A stretch of 63,970 nucleotides of DNA, counting the filler, from Craspedostauros australis (Eukaryota): assembly GCA_030167865.1 (NCBI GenBank). It is 11 parts of 11 records of this genome, joined end to end, with 100 filler letters (N's around TTAATTAATTAA, not from the genome) between each part and the next. Parts side by side here need not be neighbours in the genome. Positions count along the whole stretch, not along the records: positions 19,412 to 25,724 come from JALAGF010001430.1; positions 25,825 to 29,404 come from JALAGF010001433.1; positions 29,505 to 30,929 come from JALAGF010001434.1; positions 31,030 to 32,362 come from JALAGF010001435.1; positions 32,463 to 34,614 come from JALAGF010001436.1; 6 more parts are not named here. One strand, 5' to 3'. The position numbers were made by a program, and so were the translations under genes. The notes below the pieces were generated by a model. It was not told the DNA's origin and searched no databases. It worked only from the letters and a program-made list of their open reading frames with translations. Position 1 is the first letter of the stretch. Each line of letters begins with the position of its first letter. Positions 23,769 through 34,714 of the stretch are shown here, piece after piece.

Positions 23769-24654
23769 AGAGTGACAAGCGGCGGGGCGCACTCCAGAAA
23801 CGTACTGTCATATTCCATCCGTCGTTGCTTTTGCTCTATCGCAATCGAAGGAATCTGGAAGTCCGCCTCCTCAGGAATGGCGAAAGATGGAGATTTGAGG
23901 CATGCCAGGACTAGAGATCAGGTAGTCAGCCTCATTGAATCTAGAAGATAGTATTAAACCTTCATTGGGTCTGTCGAGAGAGAGAGCAGGCTGTTCGATT
24001 TGGAGATGACACGTCTCTCTCTCTCTCTCTCTCTCTCCGACTGCGTATGGTATGCTCGTGATGCCATGGCATGTGCATGCATGAAAGTCGAGTGGAGAAG
24101 AGGATCCGTGCCAATCAAGCAAAGCAACGTGTATGTAATTGTTGGAACCGTTGATCCCTTCATCCGCCATGGTAATCTGCTCTGCTCGCCTCTCCTCGAC
24201 TTTTGTCTATTCAGTTCTATCATGGGTAGGCACAAGTATAGTACAGAGCACTGATCGTGCACTCTATAAAACCACAGGTGGACAGTGCTTCCAACGCTTC
24301 ATAGGCAACATTGTCGTTGATAGCATGGAGGGAGTTGGACTTCGAGTGTGGACTTCGAGCGTGGACTTGTGTGCGTCTGCATGGCGACCGAAACTGCGTG
24401 CTAAGAACCACACAAAATACGCTCGTTTCCGTGGTGGAAAGAACACAACCGCGCTCTCCATGGCAGATCCAAACGCCACCTCTCCGCAGTGTCCATTGAC
24501 CGTGCCCCATTGCTATGCGCTGACGGTGCAAGGTTCGACCCTCACAACTCTCTTCAGCAAGCGTGAGCAAGTGCGGGCAAGAACAACAGTGTTATTCTCG
24601 CCATTCGCAGGAGCAACCACATCAGCAAACGTGGGCGGAGATCAACCCACCGCA

Positions 24655-25724
24655 ATGGCGAACAAAAAGCGGAAGGATCGCAGGAACAAATCGGTTCCCA
24701 GGAAATCGAGGACAGCAGAGGTCGCAGGTGCTCTCGTTCATGCTCATGCTCGCACCCACGCTGCCGTTGATGCCAACAGCCGCAAAAGCAAAAAGAGGAA
24801 GCTCGGCAGCAGCCGTGGGAACATACAAGTCGAAGCATCCAAAATGAGCAGCAGCAGTGGCGATGCCGATGGCGAGAATGCTGGCGGCATCTATGACAGC
24901 GCGCTCTGCTTTCAGACACTCATGGCATCCCACAGAACACAGGAAACGCAAGCAGAGGCAGAGCAGGATGTTTCATCCATCTTCTTTGACCTCGCCAATG
25001 CACCGCTCATTCAGTATCGCATCAGCGAATCCAACGTGACAAGCGATCGCAATCGCGATGTGACATCCCTCACCACCCAACGCATCACCATCGAACAAGA
25101 TCTGGAAGGTGCCTGCGGCGAGCACACTGGCGGCATCGTCTGGGAAACATCGTACTTGCTGTGCGAATACTTCTTCTTACAGCAGCAGCAGCAGCAGCAT
25201 GCAACGAGCAAAAGCGACACGATGCTTGGCGACGTCTGCGAAGTGGGTGCAGGATGCGGATTGGCGGGTCAAGTTCTGCATCGATCGGGACTCGCGCATC
25301 GTGTCGTCATGACGGAATGTCATCCAGTGCTGAGAAATCTGCAAAGCAATTTGAAACGCAACCGCGACGATGAGATGAGCAAGGCATCGAGAAGGAATCC
25401 ATCCAAACAAGCCATGTATTCGCTTGCATGCATCGACGCCGTCGCGTTGGATTGGACCAAGTACGAAGAAGATGCCAAGGCGGCCCATCCGCTCTTGCGT
25501 CCAGCGGCATTTGACACCATCATCGGGACGGACGTCATCTTTGCCCAGTCGTTGGTGGAACCGCTCTTGCGCACCATGGCGTACCTATCGCATCCCGCAA
25601 CCCAGGCATACCTGTGTTTGCAAGAGCGATGTCCCGATTCGTATCGATTGCTTTTTGAAAAGTCGAAGGAACATGGTTGGGATGTTGCCGACGTGTCCGA
25701 CCGCGTCTATGAAGAGCACTCTGC
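24655..25724 (+). CDS. Lysine methyltransferase, Methyltransf_16/METTL21-like (3' end lost in gap)
   Basis: TGGIVWETSYLL, VCEVGAGCGLAG, ALDW, DTIIGTDVIF motifs. Confidence 0.88.
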
Positions 25725-25824
25725 NNNNNNNNNNNNNNNNNNNNNNNNNNNNNNNNNNNNNNNNNNNNTTAATTAATTAANNNNNNNNNNNNNNNNNNNN
25801 NNNNNNNNNNNNNNNNNNNNNNNN

Positions 25825-25905
25825 AAGTGCGTATGAGAGAATAGCGGGTGAACGATGCACATATACACGTACATCTTGACATATACTCACATGTACATCT
25901 CGACA
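25825..25905 (-). mobile_element. LTR family A, terminal fragment
   Basis: Matches 36785-36865 and 39560-39639, ending CATCTCGACA. Confidence 0.85.
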
Positions 25906-26194
25906 CTGGCTGACGTCGCTGTCTGCGTGGTGGCATGGTTGGTTTGGTGTCGGGACCTCCTGTTCTGCGTTTGGTGAGGTTCTTATACTGTCAGAGGACA
26001 GGCTACCCTTTCTTCATTGTAGGACAGAGATCAATCACGTTCGTCTGTAATCATGGCCGTGATGAATAATATTCAAAGGTGTGACGAATAATATTCAAAG
26101 GTGTGACGAATAATATTCAAAGGTGTGACGAATAATATCGGGAGGTGCGGCAATCATGGGTATCTCGACAAAGTCGTACCCTCGATTCCTAACA
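25906..26194 (-). mobile_element. LTR family C, copy 2 (interrupted by LTR A)
   Basis: Ends ...GTCGTACCCTCGATTCCTAACA, the reverse complement of the terminus at 3049. Confidence 0.7.
26064..26138. repeat. 22-bp tandem repeat x3.4 inside LTR C
   Basis: GAATAATATTCAAAGGTGTGAC, perfect copies, no spacers. Confidence 0.95.
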
Positions 26195-28256
26195 TGGATG
26201 CTGGTGCTAGACATGGAAATAGAAAGGTAAAATATGATTACCCCAGATCCCACGAGGTCGAGAAAGCAAGTGAGGCGCACGGAAAGGAAACCCCTGAGAC
26301 GTGACCAATGATGCCGCGCTGCATCGTGAGCTTTTTTGGAAATCGCCAATGGATGCGTTACTCGAAGGAGTCCAAAAAAGCAACTTATTTTGGGATTTGG
26401 AAGGCAAATCACGTTTTTTCTACAACACGGTACATGGTGAGGAACATGGGACTAAAGTAGTACACATGACATTTTCGGCGACCTTCCATTTGTCTTGGCA
26501 GACAAGCTACCTTCCACCTCACTCACTCGGCAAACCGATAGCACTAGTTGTAGAGTTTTTGCCGTGTTCCTTGTCAGATTGACTCGTGTTTGGATGATCC
26601 CGGGAATATCGGTAATGATGCCGACACTGCAGTTTCACAAGCCAGCTCGTGTTTAGTGACGTCACTGGTTGTTTGATTCACGGAAAATGACAGTGGACTC
26701 ACCAGACTCAGGATTCTTGGTGAAGGTTTGGAGGCATTCGTTGGAATTCTGTTGTGATTTCCCACACCCCAACAGCAAGAAAAGACCGTCACCAAGAAAA
26801 GAAACACAACAACACGACAATGGGGAAACAAAACAACACTCTGCGAGAACCGCAAAAAGTCATGGACGGCACTGCATCAACCACCAGTCCAATGCCAGAT
26901 CCAAGCACATCAACGGAACCGCCATAGAAATATTGGTGGATGGGCAAGAGGAAGCTATCAGAGCAGTTCATTTGAATCAGCGATAGCGAAACGTGCAAAA
27001 ATGCGTCAAAAATGCATGTTGGGTACGGGCTGTGTGTGGACGATACAAGCCATTTAAACAACCATGGATGGGCAAGACGCATCAAGGGGATCAATATTAA
27101 GGGTCCTACGAAGTTTGAGGCTGAAAGAACGCCTGGAGGGTGTCGATGGAGGGGAACAAGTGGAGTGCAAGAGTTTTTTGGGTGGTGACAAAGCACCCAT
27201 CACGTGGCTTTGCTGGTGTGGTGGCGCACGTGAACATCCGCCACATCGCCAACCCACCCATGCAAGATGTGTTCATTATCAAGTCAAGAATAGGGTTGGA
27301 GAAGTGGGGATCGATTACATTGAGTGGAAGAGGTTGGAACCAACCAAATGCTGCAGTCGCATTTTTTTCGATACGAAGAAAAACTGACGATGGCATCAGC
27401 GTCGGGATGGATAAAAAATTGGAGATCCATCTTGAGGCGTTGTGGGATGCATCAGCGTGTACTCAGTTCATCGGGTATCGAGGGAGGTTATGTGGGGGGA
27501 ACAGAGATGGTTGTGAGCGGGAGATATGATCGGATGAAGCAGCTGCCTTCGGACCGTCCTTCATTTTCAAAAATGTTGGATTTCAGAACTGGGCTGCCAA
27601 TGTGCATTGAACGGAGATATTATGGTGCATGCTTGTCAAGGATGGATACATATGGGGTATATGGAGACAATTAGGCATGCAAGTGGACGAAACGAGACGT
27701 TCATGGGCATCATCTTGGATGGCAAAGCGACGGCAGGATGGTCCCATCCAGAATTTTGGGCCACACACAATCCCACGTTGACAACAAAAATGATGTTAAA
27801 TTTGAAGTTAATTTAAGTTTAAGTTCAATATTCTTATTCGCAGCCAACGATTTGTTCACATAGTATGATTATTTTTATTTATGAATGATGTGGTGTTGCG
27901 ATATAGCATCATAAGCGTTTATTGGGATGGATTGCAATTTTGCTCTAGACTGGACTACGCAACACGACTAATCCCACGTTGGAGGGCAAAAAACTCTACA
28001 ACTAGTGCTATCGCTTTGCCGAGTGAGTGAGGTGGAAGGTACGTCGAGTCTGTCTCCGCGAAAACCCTCTTTGTGGATAGAGGCGTCTTCCCCAACAGGA
28101 ACACAATTCCACCCATCGTCGCTGTTTGTCATTTTAACTCTCCGCAACCGACCGCAACGCAGAGTACGTCATCGTGCCCAATTTGAGCACCCCATCGCAC
28201 CGTTGTCGTCGAAGGATCCACATGCAATAAAGTATAGAAAAGCAAAGCGGCCGACG

Positions 28257-29404
28257 ATGTTTGCACAAGTTGATCGCCGAATCCGAAACCATGGCAGAGG
28301 ATCCATCCTCATGATCGTCATGGTGACACTGGGATTGCTGAGCATGCTCTCATCTTTCTTGGTTACGATGACCACCTCCTTCGCGTCGCCGCAGCTGCTG
28401 CCAACACCGCAGGACCTGCCAGTCACGGAGCCGCAGCCCGTCAAGATCGACCCCGCTGACATGGCAAAGATCGATGAAACCCTCGCCTTGCTCAAGGAGA
28501 TCGCCCAGTCCTCCGGCCTTCGTCCTTGCGTCGATGGAACCACAACCGCGACCACGCCCAAGGCCACAGCTGCTGTGGCGAAAAAAGCACCTCAATTCAG
28601 CCGCAGAGCGAAGCTGGACGGCGTCCTCCTCACCGGCAACCCGAAGATTCCTTCAATCCACGAGCGCCAATTCCAGTACAACAGCACATTGGACTTCACT
28701 GAACCCTTGAAGCAAGTCGGCACGGGCGGCTGCTGCGGTCTGGGACATCGCCTGTCCCGGACGATACCGGGATTGGCGTACGCTCTGCGTCATCAACGTC
28801 GAGCAATCGTGTACTGGGGCGACACGCCATGGAGNGCATTCTTTGAGGAGACCCCGTACGTCCAGTGCGAGAGAGCACTGAGACAGCGCATCAACACAAA
28901 ACCCAGACCGCAAGAGAACTTCGTCAACGGTCTCCCCTGGAACTTCGATGGCGTCGAGCGCACTCACGACTTCCCGGCGGGCAGAGGCGACCTATCTAGC
29001 GTGTATAGCTCGTTTGAGTTGTCTCAGCGGATCCTCATGACGAATCTGGAATCCGGAACAGTGCTGCAGCACATGATGAACAACCTCAAACCGATCGTCA
29101 CCGACAAGCTCGTGCCTGTGCAGAAGCAGGTGCAACCGCTGCACATGTGCGCGCACTTTCGTCTGGGGAACGGCGAGACAGGCAACTGGGAAGGCAGAAA
29201 ATGGCGCCACGTCAACAATAAAGATGCCATGATGGGAATGGTGTTGGAGGAGATGATCAAGTTCTCAAAGGACAAGGCGAACAGCGAGAAGACGGAGGGC
29301 GGCGTCAGCCTTTTCGTTGCTGGTGACGATCCCAACATCCAAGGCTGGTTCCAGAACAACGTGCCAACGGGATGGAAGGTCATCATGCCCGAGGTGGATA
29401 CATC
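28257..29404 (+). CDS. Type II membrane glycosyltransferase, NodZ/GT23 fucosyltransferase-like (3' truncated by gap)
   Basis: N-terminal TM; CCGLGHRL, AHFRLGNGE and LFVAGDD resemble the GxGNxL / HxRxGD / FxATD motifs of fucosyltransferases. Confidence 0.55.
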
Positions 29405-31029
29405 NNNNNNNNNNNNNNNNNNNNNNNNNNNNNNNNNNNNNNNNNNNNTTAATTAATTAANNNNNNNNNNNNNNNNNNNNNNNNNNNNNNNNNNNNNNNN
29501 NNNNCACTTATGGGCGTGACATGACCTGTCCTGAACGGACAATCGGGTCAAACCGTTGGATGAACCTTGTTCCCCCAAATTGATCGGAGGAGAGTGAACA
29601 ACAAACTCTCTCTCCGACCGTCACGAAATTGATGTCTCCTCTTGGAAATGGCAACATCGACACCGCGATGATTGCACGTACGGAGACTCAACGCTCCACT
29701 ATGTTACTACTAATAGAGATGTTGCAGATCCAACTATAATGGATGCTGCACATCACATGCTCACAATCCAATTGAAAGTTTCATTTGGATTCGTACAGCT
29801 CTAAAGACTAAGACACACTCTTGCAATCAAACTCACCAACCTACTGCACTACCACGGATTGATCACCCTTCGGCGTTCAGTAAGTTCACCTCGTTTTCAT
29901 TATCGTTTTATCAGTTGTTGATTGGTCTTGCCATGGTGGTTGATACTGTAATGTGATAAGCTTGGTGGTAGATCACAACTCTTAATCTGTCAAAGTGCAC
30001 AAGTAACTACTGTAGACGCATTGGCCCGTTGCTGCGTGCCCTGGTCGGAGCTCTTGTTCTTTATTTGTGAGTTGTCCCCGACCAGTATTTTGACTAATAT
30101 GATTAATAAAGAGGTAAGAAGGTACAGAGAAAGTTGTCATGTGATGTCGATGTGCATGGCTTGTGAATTTTGGTTTGGGCACGGAGTTCTGCGTGATGTT
30201 GATGTTGATGGTTTGTGTGTGTTTTTGTTGGTGATGGGTTGAGCGAGTTTGGGCGTGGGCATCGCGAGTTCTGCATGATGCGGATGGCTTGTGTGTGTGC
30301 GCTGCGGCTTGGTTGTGCGGGCTTTTGTACGTGTGACCATAAAAATGCACACAACGCGCAGATTTGGCCATGAAAAGTGACTCTCTGTTCCGAGTGAATT
30401 CTCGGCAGATTGCGTCCAGGTTCGGAACAAAACCATTGATATGTACGAGGTTTGTTCCATGTTACGAGCTCTGTATTCGTGACTGTTTGTCAAAACGGGA
30501 ATCCAGGGAACAAATCTAGAAACAGTCTGTAGATAGTAATTGCCGTTACCCCCACTTGAGGAGCAGGAGGAGGTAATCACTGTCAGTATCTGTACGGGAG
30601 GATGTGTGTGTGTGTGTGTGCTAATGATGGATTTATGGGAGGAGACTGTCTCCGTTGTCACTCTTCAGAGGCGGAGGCTGCGGACGTCTGTCCTGCGTAC
30701 GTATGCCAACACCCCCCCACGCTGGAAGATTTCCAGCGGGAAAAATTGCTCTGACCGAGCGACGCCCATCATGGTCTTGAGCGAAAGACGGGCGGAAGCG
30801 ACCCATTATCAAGTCAGTATGGCGGAAAAAGAGAACCGACGGCGTCTGTTTGGTGCATGCATCCGCTGCGTTGAGATCGGATGCGACGTCCTCGATAAGA
30901 ATAAGATCCCGATCCACCCAGTCACTGACNNNNNNNNNNNNNNNNNNNNNNNNNNNNNNNNNNNNNNNNNNNNTTAATTAATTAANNNNNNNNNNNNNNN
31001 NNNNNNNNNNNNNNNNNNNNNNNNNNNNN

Positions 31030-32362
31030 CTGCATGTTGGTGTCCGACGACTACATCGAAGACTCCTTCTTCGATAACTTCGAGTACGTCGGGAGTGACG
31101 ACGAAGTGCAGGATGATGAGATCATCCCGGAGTGGCTCAGCGAGGAGCCAATCATCCACGAGGTGGATCCAAGACGCGAAGTGAGCTACGAATGCTGCTT
31201 CAACGCGCACGATCTGATCGGTTCATACGGCGACGAAGCTGAGATGGACGACGAGGCCAACGATAGCGACATCGAAGAGGCCATGAGTGATGACGACAAC
31301 GACGCAGATGAAGACGACGAGGCGAACCGCGACGAGTTGCCTCCTCCTCAAGCTGGGAGATACGAGAGAACGGGAACCTTCATCAATCAAGGCGAAACGG
31401 GCCGCGCCGCGGCGCCGCCTCCTCCAGCGGCGGGGAATAACAGATCGGGCATCTTCGATGAGGATGATAGCGACGAATCCGAGGACGGCAATCATCCAGA
31501 TGACAGCTTCAATCCAAACGAGCGCGTCGTCTACCCAGGGAATATCGACTTCCCACCAATCGAGGATCCCAACAGATCCAACTACCTCCATCGTCATGAC
31601 ACCGTCCCATATGCAACAGAAACAGCATTGGTGATCCAGAAGCAACTCATCTTCGATGCAGTGATGGAAGCAGGAGTGAGCCTGTTCCCAGGAATCGAAC
31701 GAGGAGTACTCAGACCGATATGGGTCAACATCATGGGATCGATCCTATCCGAGAACTTCAGATCGATCGAAGAGATTCTGACCAATTCGGTTGTGATCAA
31801 TCGCATACTGGAAGCAGCCGAGACAGAGACGATCCCAGAGACGGATCTTCATTACATTCTTGGAGGATGTATGCGCGTACTCTTACGCGAACGACCACGC
31901 GTCTACCCATACGATCCTGTTACAGGATCACATCGAAACAGCACCATTCCATCGGACTACGCGCAATTACCCGATGACATGGATGACGGAGATCATCATC
32001 CTCCATACAACGAAGATGGAGTTCACGAAGACGATGATGATGGCAGCTTCGACAACGAGATAGCTGCAGCAGCTGTGGAACAACTCCACGAGCTGAGCAC
32101 CAAGTACAAGGACAAGGTCAACAAGGACACCTGGCTCGCCGATAGCGGAGCTTCGTGTCACATCGTCAACTCGGACGCCGCTCTCTTCAACGTGCGGCAC
32201 ATCAAGTCCTTCGTCCAAGTGGGAGACAGCACGAAGCTGGATTCTCCCAAGATGGGATCCATTCGCTTGAAAATCAAACAGCGAGACAACACTGGCCACA
32301 TCATCCGGCTCGATGACGTGAAGTACACACCGAAAATGGCGGTGAACCTTTTCTCTACGAAC
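31030..32362 (+). mobile_element. Ty1/Copia gag-pol fragment ending in the aspartic protease
   Basis: WLADSGASCHI...VQVGD...LDDVKYTPKMAVNLFS, preceded by a long acidic region; gaps on both sides. Confidence 0.85.
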
Positions 32363-32462
32363 NNNNNNNNNNNNNNNNNNNNNNNNNNNNNNNNNNNNNN
32401 NNNNNNTTAATTAATTAANNNNNNNNNNNNNNNNNNNNNNNNNNNNNNNNNNNNNNNNNNNN

Positions 32463-34614
32463 TTGACCATGTTGGGGTTGTCGCCACATGGGTGCTCGCT
32501 TGGCTTGCAGTAGTGATCATTGACCGTGTTGTTGGTGGCGTCAGTCTTAGCTTCGATCGCGTGCTTGGAAACAGTCTTCTTGGCGTATCCGCCAGTGACT
32601 TCATCACCCTTGTTGGCGTCAGTGGCCAGCTTTCGGGCTGCGGCTGGGCATGGGTCGTTGCACTTGATCTCGAATGTGTACTGGATGGTGGGGTAGTTGG
32701 CATCAGCCGGCTTCTGGCAGCACTGAGGAATCTCGGCGTCGTCGAGGACGCTGTCGAAGGATGGATCGGAGACGAAGATGTCCACAACTGCGGCGTTGAT
32801 TGATTCCATGCAGGTGGCTGTGAAGATCTCGCCGGCGTTCCAGTTGACATCTTCCAACAAGACGCACTCGCTGTCGAAGAGGGATTTTTGGTAGTCGGTG
32901 TACACGTATCCGACTGTCTCCGTCCAGGTCTGCTTGACCTTGAATGTGACGGTGGTGCCATCGTAGGAGACGACATCGATCGGGTTCTCCAAGAACTGAG
33001 TGTTTCCCTTGCTGTTGTAGACAGTGGCGCCGGATGGGCATTCGCTGTCGTCCTCGCCCACGGTTGGCTCCGAAGTTTCCTCCACTGAGTTGGTAGTTGG
33101 CGCTGAAGTGGGTCCGCTGGTTGGTTCATCCGCATGGGCGGTCGGTGCACTAGTTGGGGCACTGGTTGGTCCACTGGTTGGTCCACTGGTCGCCTCTTCC
33201 GCTTGGGCAGTTGGTTCAGACGTTGGCATGCTGGTTGGAGACGTTGTGCTGGATGTTGGGGTTGTGGTTGGCGTGTCGGTAGAACCATTGGTGGCAAGGC
33301 CGTATGGTGCTGGAGTGCTGTTGGGGTTGCGGCAGATCTGAAGCTTGGAGAGACTGCCACGTCCTTCGAATTGGATCTCGATCTGGAAAATTCCATCCAC
33401 GGCAACCTTGAACTCCTTCACGCCACTGAACGCGTCGTACTCGTCGACTGACACAACGGTGGAGATGACTTCACCAGAAGCGGTAGTTTCTCTGGATCTG
33501 CGGATGATCTTGAATTCCTGGTCTGCGCCAAACAGACTGAGGCGCATGTGCTTGTCCTGGGTGAGGTCCTGGTTGATCATGATGGATCCACCTTCTGGGT
33601 TCATCTCATCGACGACGGAGTTTGGATTCGGCACCGCGAGGGCGACTCCAGCCTCGACGTCATCCGTTTCGACATAGGCCAAGTTGCCTGCGCCGTCCGA
33701 GGTCATGGACATGATGCGCATTCCGTAGGTGTTGGACCAAGTCTCTGGCAGCGCCATGCCACCCTCGCCCTCAAAGTCAAGGACGGTGTACTCGCACAGG
33801 TCGTCAGTGGGCTGGTCGGAAGGCATTTCGGTTGGGTTGCTCGTTGGTGCGGAGGTTGGTCCGAAAGTCGGGATGCTGGTGGGCGCTGTGGTCGGTCCGC
33901 TGGTGGGCGTGGTGGTTGGCATGTGCGTTGGGTAGTTGGTCGGGGTGCTGGATGGGACCAACGTAGGGCTGGAGGATGGGAGGTCGGTTGGATTGGCCGT
34001 GTTTTCGTAGCACAAGTTTCTGAGGAGGTTGGCCAGGGCGTCAGTGGTGGTGACGACCGGTGGGAGCAGGTCGGGGAAGGTCTTCTTCAATGGGTTGTTA
34101 TCGATCAAGTACAGACCGCTTCCGATGCTGTTGTCACTGGCCTTGCCCACGCCAATGGATATTCGCTTGACTCCCTCCGGTCCGAACTTGTCCAATCTGT
34201 CGAATTCGCTCTGGAACATCTTGACGGACCGATCACCCTCGCATGTGGATCCGAGCACGCATGGCTTGTACTTGTTGTCCCAGCAATCACCGTCACCGGA
34301 CATGCAGAAGGAGAGCTCGCCAGACTCCCATGGCAGGGTGTCATCGGTGTCAGCCTTGTTCCTGGCCCTTCGGTTGTTGCAGTTCAAGTTCCTGATGCCG
34401 TGGTCGCAGAATGGCTCTTCGTCTCCGTCACCGCGAATGTTGGGAACTCCGTCGGACAGGAAGACCATGAGGTTGGTCCATTCGTCGAAGTTGATGGTCG
34501 GGTCGTTCTCTCGCTCGATGAAATAGTCGATGGACTTGTCCAAGGCATCGTCGAAGTTGGTGAAACCCTTGTTCTGGTAGATGACGGTGGCGTTCGTTTT
34601 GAGGGTCTGGATGC
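32463..34614 (-). CDS. Partial extracellular protein: VWA domain, two Pro/Thr/Ser-rich tracts, Cys-rich domains
   Basis: TNFDDALD, MVFLSDGVPN, RISIGVG (VWA); PTSxPT repeats; CPS...AEIPQCC...YTFEIKC module; open frame gap to gap. Confidence 0.8.
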
Positions 34615-34714
34615 NNNNNNNNNNNNNNNNNNNNNNNNNNNNNNNNNNNNNNNNNNNNTTAATTAATTAANNNNNNNNNNNNNNNNNNNNNNNNNNNNNN
34701 NNNNNNNNNNNNNN

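Noticed and set aside
26064..26138. CRISPR array (also considered for 49485-49668 and 63789-63970)
   Set aside because: Head-to-tail repeats without unique spacers, no cas genes, eukaryotic context.
26200..27816. Decayed gene or transposase
   Set aside because: Coding-like patches with stops but no identifiable motif.
29584..29617. GA/TC hairpin as an intrinsic terminator or ncRNA
   Set aside because: Low-complexity stem, no U-tract, eukaryotic context.
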